Assembly: GCA_032654565.1 (NCBI GenBank)
Contig: JAULAX010000009.1
Coordinates: 64,001-128,000 of the forward strand
Direction of reading: 5' to 3'
Length of the DNA: 64,000 bases
From: Anaeromyxobacteraceae bacterium
Lineage (GTDB): Bacteria; Myxococcota; Myxococcia; Myxococcales; Anaeromyxobacteraceae
Part shown: one piece after another, positions 19,315 to 30,216 of the stretch
How positions within the stretch are numbered: the stretch's first letter is position 1
Layout of the letters: each line of letters begins with the position of its first letter
Notes under the pieces: model-generated
What the model was told of the DNA's origin: nothing
What the model saw: only the letters and a program-made list of their open reading frames with translations
The model's database searches: none
Translations under genes and position numbers: made by a program

Positions 19315-19707
19315 CTACTCCTCGCGGTAGCTGGCCAGCGAGCCCTCGTTCTCCCAGACGTCGACCCGGGAGACCGTGACCCGGCCCCCCTGGGCGGCGG
19401 CCAGCCGGGCCGCCATCTCCTGGTGGAAGAAGCGGGCGATCAGCTCGGCGGTGGTGTTGAGCTCGTCGAAGGGGGGGATCTCGTTGACGTTGCGGTGGTC
19501 GAAGCGGGCGCCGATCTCGGCCACCATCTTCTGCAGGTCGGCGAAGTCGATGACCATGCCGATCTTGTCGAGCACCGCGGCCCGGACGAAGACCCGGATC
19601 CGCCAGTTGTGGCCGTGCAGCCGCTCGCACTTGCCGCCGTGGAGGCGGATCTGGTGCGCCGCGGAGAAGAGGAAGTCCTTCGAGATCTCGAACACCGGTG
19701 AGCCCAT
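19315..19707 (-). CDS. queD: 6-carboxy-5,6,7,8-tetrahydropterin synthase
   Basis: FSAAH, CERLHGHNW, GMVIDF, FDH, TAELIA, VWE. Confidence 0.9.
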   Translation of the reverse strand: MGSPVFEISKDFLFSAAHQIRLHGGKCERLHGHNWRIRVFVRAAVLDKIGMVIDFADLQKMVAEIGARFDHRNVNEIPPFDELNTTAELIARFFHQEMAARLAAAQGGRVTVSRVDVWENEGSLASYREE

Positions 19708-19788
19708 GGCGCCGGGCGATATAGCAGAACCGCCGCCGCCGCGCACCCCGTGATGGGCCGGGCCGCGGCGGGGACCGCGGGGGAGCGC

Positions 19789-20478
19789 TCAGCCCCGCCG
19801 CAGCAGCCGGTGGCGGACCAGCAGCCGCCGCCCGGTCAGCACCACGTCCCCCCGCCGCGCCAGCTCGGAGAGGGCGCGGGAGACGGTCTCGCGGCTGGTG
19901 CCGATCATCCCGGCGATCTCCGCCTGGGTGGGGCGCTGGCGCAGCACCCGCCCCTCCGGCGCCGGCTCCCCGTCGGCCAGCGCCAGCTCGCGCAGCCGGG
20001 CCGCCAGCCGCCCCAGCACGTCGAGCAGCGCCAGGTCGCCGATGACGGCGTCGGCGCGCCGCAGCCGGCGGGAGAGCTCGGTCATCACCTGCACCGCCAC
20101 CCTCGGGTGGCGGGCCAGGTGGGCGCGGAAGTCGGCGCGGGAGAGCACCACCAGCGTGGAGGGCTCCAGGGCCACCACCGTGGCCGAGCGGGGCTCGTCG
20201 TCGAGCAGGCTCATCTCCCCGAAGAAGTCGCCGGGCTCCTTGAAGATGGAGAGGATCACCTCGCGCCCCGACTCGCCGTAGAGCACCACCTTGACCCGGC
20301 CGCGGAGCAGCACGTAGAGGGCGTCGCCCGGCTCCGCCTCGGAGACGATCACCTCACCCTCGGCGTAGGCGCGGCGGCGGGCCAGCCGCTCCAGCCCGGC
20401 GGCGGCGGCGTCGTCCAGCTCGGCCAGGATGGAGACCGAGCGGAGCAGCCCGGGCGGCGCGCGGTCGGAGTCGGCCAT
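19789..20478 (-). CDS. Crp/Fnr family transcriptional regulator
   Basis: cNMP pocket FFGEMSL..PRSA; HTH TQAEIAGMIGTSRETVSR. Confidence 0.92.
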   Translation of the reverse strand: MADSDRAPPGLLRSVSILAELDDAAAAGLERLARRRAYAEGEVIVSEAEPGDALYVLLRGRVKVVLYGESGREVILSIFKEPGDFFGEMSLLDDEPRSATVVALEPSTLVVLSRADFRAHLARHPRVAVQVMTELSRRLRRADAVIGDLALLDVLGRLAARLRELALADGEPAPEGRVLRQRPTQAEIAGMIGTSRETVSRALSELARRGDVVLTGRRLLVRHRLLRRG

Positions 20479-20485
20479 GGCGCGA

Positions 20486-20514
20486 ACCGTAGGAGGCGCG
20501 CCCCGGCCGGTCAA
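20486..20514 (-). promoter_or_regulatory. Sigma70-type promoter TTGACC-17-TACGGT, 7 nt before the Crp ATG (leaderless-type)
   Basis: Read directly; no SD sequence. Confidence 0.55.
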
Positions 20515-21128
20515 GCGAAGGGGGCCAGCAGGGCCCGCACTGCCGCGGCCGGGTCCGGCCCGGTCAGCCAGGCCCGGATGGCCGCCACCCCGGCGGCGCC
20601 CGCCTCGACCGCCAGCGGCGCCAGCGCCGGCTCCACGCCGCCGAGCGCCACCAGCGGCAGGCCGAGCCGGCAGGCCTGGCGGAGCGGCTCCACCCCGAGC
20701 GGCGGGCCGTACCCGGCCTTGGAGGGCGTGGCCCAGACCGGGCCGAAGCTGGCGTAGTCGGCGCCCCCGTCGCGCGCCCGGGCCACCTCGGCGGCGGAGT
20801 GGCAGGAGACCCCGACCAGCGCCCCGGGGCCGAGCAGCCGGCGCGCCTCGGCCGGCCCGACCGCGCGGGCCGGCAGGTGGACCCCGTCGGCGCCGCAGGC
20901 CAGCGCCACGTCGAGCCGCTCGTTGACCAGCAGCCGCTGCCCGTGGGCGCGGCAGACCCGGACCAGCGCCACGCCCAGCGCCAGCAGCGCCCCACCCGCC
21001 AGCCCCTTCTCGCGCAGGTGCACCGCCACCCGCCCCGGCGCCAGGCCGCGCAGGACCCGGTCGAGGTGGGCCGGGAGGTCGGCCACCAGCGCGCCGTCGG
21101 TGACCAGGTGGACAACGGGGGGTCGCAT
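20511..21128 (-). CDS. thiE: Thiamine phosphate synthase
   Basis: HLREK, ADGVHL, GVSCHS, GPVWATPSK, VALGG. Confidence 0.85.
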   Translation of the reverse strand: MRPPVVHLVTDGALVADLPAHLDRVLRGLAPGRVAVHLREKGLAGGALLALGVALVRVCRAHGQRLLVNERLDVALACGADGVHLPARAVGPAEARRLLGPGALVGVSCHSAAEVARARDGGADYASFGPVWATPSKAGYGPPLGVEPLRQACRLGLPLVALGGVEPALAPLAVEAGAAGVAAIRAWLTGPDPAAAVRALLAPFA

Positions 21129-21165
21129 GATTAACGTCCGGCCATCTTCTCGTCAGGAGCCGGAC

Positions 21166-21972
21166 GTGTCGAGCCCGCTGGACCGCCTCATCGAGTTCCT
21201 GGAGACCCAGCGCCGCCTCCACGGGCCGCGGTTCCCCGAGGTGCGCGCCGACAAGGTGCTCACCTTCATGGGGACCAGCAGCCTGGCCGGCACCCACCCC
21301 ACCGTCTCGCTCCACCGGGTCGGCGGCGTCGAGGCCGGCGACGCACCGGGCGCGCTGCGGGTGCGGCTGGCGGGGCGGCTCCCCCGCGGCCCGCGGGCCG
21401 GGGAGTGCCTCTCCGTCCACCTCTCCCGGCTGGAGCAGTACCGCGGCTTCCAGGTGAAGACCCTGCCGCTCCCCCCCGGCGGCGCCGAGGCCGACCTGCT
21501 CACCGAGGAGGGCGACCTCCTCACCGTGAACGGCCGCCGCATCTACACCGTCCACCACAGCCCGTACACGCTCCGCTTCTTCGAGGAGATCCCGGTCGAC
21601 GAGGTGCGCGAGGTGGCCGCCGGCCTCCCCTTCGCGCTGGTGGCGGTGGCCGAGACCGCCAACCTCTCGCCGCGCTTCGTCTTCCACCACGAGGTGCGCG
21701 ACGGCCGGCTGGCGCTCTTCCACGGCGACGGCCTGGCGCTGAAGACGGCCATGAACCTGCGCACCAACGCCGAGGAGACCCGGGTGGTGCTCGACCTCGA
21801 CCAGCCGGGCGGCTGGCAGCTGCGCGGGACGGTGCTGCCGGTGCGCCAGCAGGAGCACCCGCTGGCCTGGGAGAAGGTCCACGCCGGGTTCCAGGGTGGC
21901 GGCTGGGGCCGGCCGTCGAAGGTCTACCGCTTCGTCGCCGAGGCGCTGGAGCCCATCGCCTTCGCCGGCTGA
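21166..21972 (+). CDS. Hypothetical protein, possibly pyridoxamine-5'-phosphate oxidase-like split barrel
   Basis: AGGAG RBS with GTG start; NLSPRF, KTAMNLRTN, GWQLRG and GFQVK resemble PNPOx-like strands. Confidence 0.6.
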   Translation: MSSPLDRLIEFLETQRRLHGPRFPEVRADKVLTFMGTSSLAGTHPTVSLHRVGGVEAGDAPGALRVRLAGRLPRGPRAGECLSVHLSRLEQYRGFQVKTLPLPPGGAEADLLTEEGDLLTVNGRRIYTVHHSPYTLRFFEEIPVDEVREVAAGLPFALVAVAETANLSPRFVFHHEVRDGRLALFHGDGLALKTAMNLRTNAEETRVVLDLDQPGGWQLRGTVLPVRQQEHPLAWEKVHAGFQGGGWGRPSKVYRFVAEALEPIAFAG

Positions 21973-22019
21973 GCCGCCGCGGCGGCGCCACGCCGTCCGG
22001 GACCGGACCGGCCCCGCCG

Positions 22020-22793
<774 letters not shown>

Positions 22794-22795
22794 GG

Positions 22796-23002
22796 CTACC
22801 CTCCCCCCACGAAGGCGACGATCTCGACCGAGTCGCCCGACGAGAGCCGGTGCGTCGCGTACCGGTCCTTGGTCACCACCGCCTCGTTCACCTCGACCGC
22901 CACGCGCACCGCCTTGACGCCGAGGTGGGCCAGCAGCCCCGCCACCGTCAGCGCCTCGGGCAGCTCGCGCGGCTCGCCGTTCAACCGGACCTGGATCGCC
23001 AT
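22796..23002 (-). CDS. thiS: Sulfur carrier protein
   Basis: LNGE, VAVEVN, C-terminal FVGGG. Confidence 0.95.
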   Translation of the reverse strand: MAIQVRLNGEPRELPEALTVAGLLAHLGVKAVRVAVEVNEAVVTKDRYATHRLSSGDSVEIVAFVGGG

Positions 23003-23056
23003 GAGTGGCGCGATTCTCGCCTCGGGCCGCGGGGCGCGTCAAACCGGGCGGGCGGT

Positions 23057-23097
23057 GAAATGAAACCGCGCCCCCCGGGACCAACCCGGGGGGCGCG
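23057..23097 (-). terminator. Intrinsic terminator after the Ig-like protein gene
   Basis: 13-bp perfect stem CGCGCCCCCCGGG/CCCGGGGGGCGCG followed by GTTTCATTTC on the minus strand. Confidence 0.65.
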
Positions 23098-23141
23098 CTC
23101 GGCCGGTCGGGGGAGGCCGACCGAGGGGAGAGCAACGCGAG

Positions 23142-24557
23142 CTAGCGGACGATCACCTCCAGCGACAGCCAGACCCGCGGGTCCTCGCGGGTCACCACGA
23201 CGGTGGCCCGGCCCGGGGCGACGGCCTGCACCAGCCCGGGGTGGTGGGGATCGAGGGTGACGACGCCGGGGGAGTAGCTCACCCAGCTGACCAGGTTGGA
23301 GGCGTCCCCGGTGGTGCCGTCGGTGTAGGTGACGGTGGCGGAGACCTGCAGCTGGTCACCGACGGAGAGGACCGGGACCTGCGGCTTCTTGCCGTAGTCG
23401 AGCCGCCAGGACTTCACCGCCGGGGCCCCGACCTGGACCAGCGCGCTGGCCATCAGGCCGGTGCCGGGGAGCTGGGCGGTGACCACCGACTGCTGGCCGC
23501 GGACCAGGCCCCAGGCATGGCCGGCGTCATCGGCCAGGTTGGACACCTGGACGGCCAGCGGCGACAGCGAGAGCCAGGTGACCTGGTCGGTGACGTCGCC
23601 CACCGAGCCGTCGGAGTAGGTGCCCAGCGCGGTGAGGGAGGCGAAGGCGCCGAGGGGCGCGGTGGCCTGCGGCGGCGAGAGGGCCAGCCCCACCAGCTCG
23701 GCGGGGGTCACGGTCACGTCGAGCCCGGCGCGCTGCCCCTGGTAGCTGGCCTCGAGCCGGGCGCTGCCGAGCTCCAGGCCGCGGACGGCGCCGCCCTCCA
23801 CCCGGGCCACCTCCTCGGCGTCGCTGCTCCAGGTGGCGTCGGCGCTGACGTCGACGTCGGAGCCGTCGGTGAAGGTGGCGCGGGCGGTGACGCCGGCGCG
23901 GGCGCCGCGGGGGAGCGCCGCGAGATCTCGGGCCGTGGCCAGCCGCAGCGAGAGGGGCGCGGCGTCGGTGACCTCGAGGTCGGCGGAGGCCTGCATCCCG
24001 TTGAAGCGGGCGCTGAGCCGGGCCGGCCCCTTCGCCGAGGCGCGGGCCAGGCCGGCGGACTCGACCACCAGGCCGCCGAGGGGGGTCGACCAGGCCACCT
24101 GGCCGGTCAGGTCCACCACGGTGTCGTCGGTGAAGCGCCCCGTGGCCACGGCGGTCACGGCGGCGCCCAGCGGCACCCGCAGCAGGCCGGGCACCACCTC
24201 GAGGGAGGCCAGGGTGGCGGCGGTGACGGTGAGGCCGGCCTCGGCGGTCTGGCCCTGCAGCGAGGCCGTCACCCGGGTGGTGCCGGCGGCGGCGCCGTGG
24301 ACCAGGCCGCCGGCGTCGACGGTGGCGACGGACCCGTCGACCACGGCCCAGCTCACCTCGGCGGAGAGGTCCCGGGTGTGGCCGTCCTGGTAGACGGCGG
24401 TGGCGGTGAGCTGCTGCTGCTGGCCGGCCGCGAGGCTCGCGGTGGGCGGCGACACCTGCAGCTGGACCACCAGCGTCGGGGAGAGGCGCAGCTCGCTCCC
24501 GCAGGCCGCCGTCAGCAGCGCCATCACCGTCAACATCCCCTGGGTGGTCTTCGTCAT
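23142..24557 (-). CDS. Lipoprotein with about five bacterial Ig-like (Big_2) repeats
   Basis: Lipobox LTAAC; recurring AT..(Y/F).DG...D(L/V)...V.W; GGGAGAG RBS. Confidence 0.85.
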   Translation of the reverse strand: MTKTTQGMLTVMALLTAACGSELRLSPTLVVQLQVSPPTASLAAGQQQQLTATAVYQDGHTRDLSAEVSWAVVDGSVATVDAGGLVHGAAAGTTRVTASLQGQTAEAGLTVTAATLASLEVVPGLLRVPLGAAVTAVATGRFTDDTVVDLTGQVAWSTPLGGLVVESAGLARASAKGPARLSARFNGMQASADLEVTDAAPLSLRLATARDLAALPRGARAGVTARATFTDGSDVDVSADATWSSDAEEVARVEGGAVRGLELGSARLEASYQGQRAGLDVTVTPAELVGLALSPPQATAPLGAFASLTALGTYSDGSVGDVTDQVTWLSLSPLAVQVSNLADDAGHAWGLVRGQQSVVTAQLPGTGLMASALVQVGAPAVKSWRLDYGKKPQVPVLSVGDQLQVSATVTYTDGTTGDASNLVSWVSYSPGVVTLDPHHPGLVQAVAPGRATVVVTREDPRVWLSLEVIVR

Positions 24558-24627
24558 GGTCCGCTCTCCCTGGCGCTGCAAGCCGTTTCGACCGCGGGGC
24601 GCCCCGGCGCCCTCGTCCAGGTTCCAA

Positions 24628-24643
24628 TGCGGCAATCGTGCCG
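24628..24643 (-). promoter_or_regulatory. Candidate sigma54 promoter CGGCACGATTGCCGCA
   Basis: GGCAC-N7-GC spacing upstream of the Ig-like gene. Confidence 0.45.
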
Positions 24644-24863
24644 GGCGACCGGCGGCTCCCCTCGACGGTGGGTGCGATACGCGGAAACGGCGGCCACTCC
24701 TGCCGATCCGAAGCGGGAGCCGCGGCGGCGCAGCGCCCGCGTTCGCCGGTGGCCGGACAACCCGGGTGCACCGGACCCGCCCAGCCGCGCGCCGCGGAGG
24801 TGGTGACGCCGGCGCCATCATCCGACCTCGGCGCCGTTCGCCTACCCCGGCTATGCTGCCGCC

Positions 24864-25139
24864 ATGGACCTGCCCGGGGCCCCGCCCGCCCGCTTCCAGT
24901 ATCCGGTCGAGTACCCGATCGTGATCATCGGCCTGGCCGGCGACGACTTCCCCGAGCACGCCCGCCGCCTGGTGGAGCGGGTGGTGGGGGCGGCGCCGGC
25001 GGAGCGGGTCACGGTCCGCGCCAGCGCCGGCGGGAAGTACCACTCGGTCACCGTGCTGGTGACGCTCACCAGCGAGCCGCAGCGGCTGGCGCTCTACGAC
25101 GCCCTGCGCGCCGACCGGCGCGTCGTCCACGCGCTCTGA
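24864..25139 (+). CDS. DUF493/YbeD family protein
   Basis: YPVEYPIVIIG, SAGGKYHSVT, LYDAL...V; TATGCT 6 nt upstream. Confidence 0.85.
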   Translation: MDLPGAPPARFQYPVEYPIVIIGLAGDDFPEHARRLVERVVGAAPAERVTVRASAGGKYHSVTVLVTLTSEPQRLALYDALRADRRVVHAL

Positions 25140-25149
25140 GGAGCCCCGC

Positions 25150-26100
25150 CTGCCCCGCGACCTGACCATCGGCCCGCTCGCCCTCGGCGGGATGATCGAC
25201 CGGGCCGTGGCCGCCGCCCGCCTCCACTTCCGGACGCTCTTCGTGGCCATGCTGCTGGTGCAGGCGCCGGCCCTGGTGCTGGCCCGGCTGGCCTCGGCGC
25301 AGGCGCCCGGGCTGCTGATGACCGGCACCGATCCCCGGCTGGCCGCGGAGCGGGCCCCGGCGGCCCTGGCCGCCGCCGGCGGGCTGCTGCTGGCCCTCTT
25401 CCTCCTCCAGGGCGTGGCCCTGGCCATCACCGCGGTCATCCTGGCGCCGTCGCTGGCGCCCGCCGCCCTCGCCCCGGCGGGGAGCCCTTCCTGGGGCTGG
25501 GCCCGCCGGCTGGTGAGCGCCGCCGGCGTCGGCCTGGCCCAGCAGCTGGTCCTGCTGCTGGGGCTCGGGCTGGGCACGCTCCCGGGGCTGCTGCTGCTGC
25601 TCTCGGCCCGCTCCGGCGCCACCGCCGTGGTCGGGGTCGCCGGCGCCGCCCTGGGCGGCCTGGCCCTCTTCCTGGTCGCCCTGCTCCGCACCATCCTGGC
25701 GCCGGTGGTGGTGGCGGTGGAGGGGCTCGGCCCCTGGGGCGCGCTGCGCCGGTCGGTCCGGCTGATGGCCCCCCGCCCCGGACAGCCGGTGCTGGAGCGG
25801 CCCGGGGTGCGCGCCTCGCTGCTGATCCTGGTCACCTTCACCCTGATGCTGGCCGTCAACGGCCTGGCCGGCCTGCCCCGGGCGGTGGCCGGGAGCCTGG
25901 CCGGCGGCGGCGCCCTCCCCTTCCTGCCCGGCGGGCTGCCCCTCCCCGTGGAGCTGGGGCTCTCGCTCTTCGAGCTGGCGGCGGGTGCGGCGCTGCAGCC
26001 ATTTTCACTCGCCGTCACGGTGGTCTTCTACTTCGAGCGGCGGGCCCGCGCCGAGGGGCTCGACCTGCTGGCCTGGGCGACCCGGCTGGAGCGGGCGTGA
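25150..26100 (+). CDS. Integral membrane protein of the MoxR/DUF58 cluster (start uncertain: CTG 25150 or ATG 25192)
   Basis: GPLALGGMIDRA, VAVEGLGPWGALRRS, YFERRARAEGLDL. Confidence 0.75.
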   Translation: MPRDLTIGPLALGGMIDRAVAAARLHFRTLFVAMLLVQAPALVLARLASAQAPGLLMTGTDPRLAAERAPAALAAAGGLLLALFLLQGVALAITAVILAPSLAPAALAPAGSPSWGWARRLVSAAGVGLAQQLVLLLGLGLGTLPGLLLLLSARSGATAVVGVAGAALGGLALFLVALLRTILAPVVVAVEGLGPWGALRRSVRLMAPRPGQPVLERPGVRASLLILVTFTLMLAVNGLAGLPRAVAGSLAGGGALPFLPGGLPLPVELGLSLFELAAGAALQPFSLAVTVVFYFERRARAEGLDLLAWATRLERA

Positions 26101-26735
26101 CCGCCGCGCGGCTGGTGGCCAGCCAGGCCGACCGGGCGGCCCTGGCCGAGGTGCTGGCCGACCCCGAGTTCCAGGCCCAGCGCTGGCGCGGCGAGGCCCT
26201 GCGCCAGTGGCTGGCCGGGTGGTGGGAGCGGCTGACCGAGCTGCTCGGCACCACCGAGGCGGAGCGCTGGGCCGACCTGGGGCGGGGGGTCTTCTTCCTC
26301 GCCGTGGCGGCGGCGCTGCTGCTGGCCTGGCGCGCCGCCCGTCGCCGCCGGGCCCGGGCGCCGGACCCGGGGCGGCCCGGCCGCGTCGCCGCCCCGGCCT
26401 CGTCGCCGGCCCGGGCGGTGACCCTGGTCGACGCCGAGCGCGCCCTCTCCGCCGGACAGGCCGCCGAGGCGGTGCGGCTGGCCTTCCTGGCGGCGGTGGG
26501 GGCCGTCCAGCGCCGCCTCCGGGCCGCCGCCGCCGAGTTCCTCACCGGGAGCGAGCTGGCCGAGCGGGTGGCCGACGAGGGGTTCGCGCGGCTGGCCCGG
26601 CTCCACGAGCGGACCGTCTTCGGGCGCCAGCCGGTGACCCGCGAGGAGGCGGCCGCGGCGCTGGCGGTGGCGGCCCGGCTGGTCTCCGGGCCGGGCCCCG
26701 GGCCCACGCCCCCCGGGCGCGAGGTGACCCGGTGA
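26097..26735 (+). CDS. DUF4129-like protein
   Basis: VLADPEF, one TM, EAVRLAFLA, TGSEL, HERTVFG; operon context. Confidence 0.7.
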   Translation: MTAARLVASQADRAALAEVLADPEFQAQRWRGEALRQWLAGWWERLTELLGTTEAERWADLGRGVFFLAVAAALLLAWRAARRRRARAPDPGRPGRVAAPASSPARAVTLVDAERALSAGQAAEAVRLAFLAAVGAVQRRLRAAAAEFLTGSELAERVADEGFARLARLHERTVFGRQPVTREEAAAALAVAARLVSGPGPGPTPPGREVTR

Positions 26736-27847
26736 GGCGCGCCGGGCTGGCCCTGGCCCTGGTCCTCGGGGTGGCGCTGCTCTTCGCCGCGGTGGTGGCC
26801 ACGCCGCCCCGGGGCGACCCGGCGCTGGCCCGCTTCCCCTCCACCGAGTCGACCTGGTCCGGTGGCGTGGCGGGCGCGGCGCGCTGGCTGGAGGCCACCG
26901 GTCGTCCCCACCGCCGCTGGGTGGGAGCGGCGACGCCGCCCGCGGCGGGCGAGGCGTGGCTGCTGCTGTCGCCGGCGGCCCCGCTCGGCGACCGCGAGGT
27001 GCAGGGGCTCCTCGACCACGCAGAGGCCGGGGGGCTGGTGGTCTGGGCGCTCGGCGACGGGGGCGAGCACCGGCAGCCGGCCCTGGCCCGGCGGCTCCAG
27101 GCGCGACGGGTGCCGGGCCGGGGGCTGCACACCGCCGCCCCGCTCTCGCCCCACCCGCTCTTCGACGGGATCTCGCTGCGCCTCGGCGGCGCCGGCGTGG
27201 CCTGCGACGCGCCGGGGGCCCGGACGGTGCTGGGCGACGCCGGGTGGGCCGCGGCGGTGGCCGTCCCGGTGGGGCGGGGCGAGGTGCTGCTGCTGGCCGG
27301 GCCGGAGCTGCTCGACAACGGCCACCTCGCCGAGCCCGACGCCCTGGACGTCTGGGTGAGGCTGGCGTCGCGGGGGCCGCTGGTCTTCGACGAGCGCTTC
27401 CTGCGCCCTGCGGCGGCCGGGCTGGTGGCCGGCGCCGGACCGCTGGCGCCGTTCGGGCTGCAGCTCGGCCTGCTGGTGCTGCTGCTCGGCGCCGCGCTCT
27501 GGCCGCGGCTCGGGGCCATCCGGCCGCCGCCGCCGCCGGGCCCGGGGCGGACCACCCGCGACTACCTGGCCGCGCTGGCCGAGCTCTACCGGCGCGCCGG
27601 AGCCGAACCGGAGCTGGCCGCCGCGGCCTGGGAGCGGCTGCGCCGGCGGCTGGAGCGCGAGGCCGGGGTGGCGGCCGGGCTCCCCGTCGAGGAGGCGGTG
27701 CGCCGGCTGGCGCCGACCGCCCCGGCCATGGCCGAGCCGCTGCGGCGCGGCGCGGCGGCGCTGGCCCGGGGTGGCCCGGGGTGCCTGCTGGCGGTGACCC
27801 GGGCCGCGGCCGACGTGCGGGCGGCCCGGCGCTGGCGCGGCCGCTGA
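26732..27847 (+). CDS. DUF4350-like membrane-anchored protein
   Basis: GTGA coupling; PST...GVAG, GRGEV, LDNGHL, FDE, RLG, YLAALAELYRRA. Confidence 0.72.
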   Translation: MRRAGLALALVLGVALLFAAVVATPPRGDPALARFPSTESTWSGGVAGAARWLEATGRPHRRWVGAATPPAAGEAWLLLSPAAPLGDREVQGLLDHAEAGGLVVWALGDGGEHRQPALARRLQARRVPGRGLHTAAPLSPHPLFDGISLRLGGAGVACDAPGARTVLGDAGWAAAVAVPVGRGEVLLLAGPELLDNGHLAEPDALDVWVRLASRGPLVFDERFLRPAAAGLVAGAGPLAPFGLQLGLLVLLLGAALWPRLGAIRPPPPPGPGRTTRDYLAALAELYRRAGAEPELAAAAWERLRRRLEREAGVAAGLPVEEAVRRLAPTAPAMAEPLRRGAAALARGGPGCLLAVTRAAADVRAARRWRGR

Positions 27848-27870
27848 AACCCGCGTGCTAGAGTCGGCGC

Positions 27871-28845
<975 letters not shown>

Positions 28846-28852
28846 CTCGGCC

Positions 28853-30181
28853 GTGCCCATCCCCTCCCCCCGCGCCCTCTGGCTGCTCGCCGCCGGGCTG
28901 GCCTGTCCGCTGCTGCTCGGCCCGGGCCGGGCCGGCCTGCTGGTCCTGGGGGCGTGGGACGCCGCGGTGCTCCTGCTCCTGCTCCTCGACGGGTGGCGGG
29001 CGCCGACCGCCGCGCTCTCCGCCGAGCGCCGGCTCCGCGAGCCGCTCACCGCCTTCGCCGCCTGCCCGGTCTCGGTGCGGCTGCGCTCCACCGCCGCCCG
29101 GCCGCTCTTCGTCGCCGTGGCCGACGCCCCGCCCCCCGGCTTCGACGCCGCCGGCCACCGGGGCCGGCTCACCGCGCCGCCGGGGACGGCGCCGGAGGAG
29201 GCCCGGCTCGACTACACCGTCACACCGCGGGCCCGCGGCCGGCACGCCTTCGGCGACCTCCACCTGCGGGTGCTCGGCCCGCTGGGGCTCGGCTGGCGGC
29301 CGGCGCGGCTGCCGCTCGGCCAGGTGGTCAGCGTCTACCCCGACCTCGGGCTGGCGCGGAGCCTGGCCACCCCCGACCTGGCCGCCGCGCCGGGGCCGGG
29401 CCGGGTGGGCCGGGAGCTCCGGCCGGGGCGGAGCGAGGGGCGCGAGTTCGCCGCCCTGCGCCACTACCAGGCCGGTGACGACCTGCGCTCGGTGGACTGG
29501 AAGGCCACGGCCAGGCGCGGCGCGCCGGTGGTGCGGGAGTGGCAGCCGGAGCGCAACCAGACCGTCTGGGTGCTGCTCGACTGCGGGCGCCACCTGGGGG
29601 CCCGGCTCGGCGACGGCCGGACCAAGCTGGACCGGGCCGTGGAGGCGGCGCTGTCGCTGGCGCGGGCCGCCGCCGAGCGGGGCGACAAGACCGGCCTCCT
29701 CCTCTTCGGGGCCGAGGTGGAGCGGGTGGTGCCGCCCGACGCCGGCAAGGCCCGGCTCGGGCCGCTGGCCGAGGCCCTCCACCTCGCCCAGTCACGGCCG
29801 GTGGAGTCGGACTTCGGCGCCGCCTTCGACCTGCTGCTGGCCCGCCAGCGCCGGCGCGCCCTGGTGGTGATCTTCACCGAGATCACCGACCCCGACGCCA
29901 CCGCGGCGCTGCTGGCCCGGGCCGAGGTGCTGCGGCGGCGCCACCTGGTGGCGGTGGCCTCGATCGCCGACCCCGACCTGGTGGCGGCCACCATGGCCCG
30001 GCCCGCCGACGAGGCCGGCGCCTTCGCCAGCGCCGCCGCCGGACGGATCCTCGAGGAGCGGGAGGGCTCGGAGCGGCGGCTGCAGGCGGCCGGCGTCACC
30101 GTGATCGGCGCCGATGAGCGCGGCCTGGCGGCGGCGGTGGTGGCGCGCTACGCGGCCATGAAGGAGCGCGGGCTGCTGTAG
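28853..30181 (+). CDS. DUF58 domain (VWA-like) protein
   Basis: EFAALRHYQAGDDLRSVDWKATAR, LDCGR, LVVIFTE. Confidence 0.9.
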   Translation: MPIPSPRALWLLAAGLACPLLLGPGRAGLLVLGAWDAAVLLLLLLDGWRAPTAALSAERRLREPLTAFAACPVSVRLRSTAARPLFVAVADAPPPGFDAAGHRGRLTAPPGTAPEEARLDYTVTPRARGRHAFGDLHLRVLGPLGLGWRPARLPLGQVVSVYPDLGLARSLATPDLAAAPGPGRVGRELRPGRSEGREFAALRHYQAGDDLRSVDWKATARRGAPVVREWQPERNQTVWVLLDCGRHLGARLGDGRTKLDRAVEAALSLARAAAERGDKTGLLLFGAEVERVVPPDAGKARLGPLAEALHLAQSRPVESDFGAAFDLLLARQRRRALVVIFTEITDPDATAALLARAEVLRRRHLVAVASIADPDLVAATMARPADEAGAFASAAAGRILEEREGSERRLQAAGVTVIGADERGLAAAVVARYAAMKERGLL

Positions 30182-30216
30182 GGCAGCGCCCAGGCGCGCG
30201 CCGCCGGCCTGGGCGC

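Noticed and set aside
23003..23141. TPP riboswitch upstream of thiS
   Set aside because: No CUGAGA core; the region holds only terminator-like hairpins and a promoter close to the ATG.
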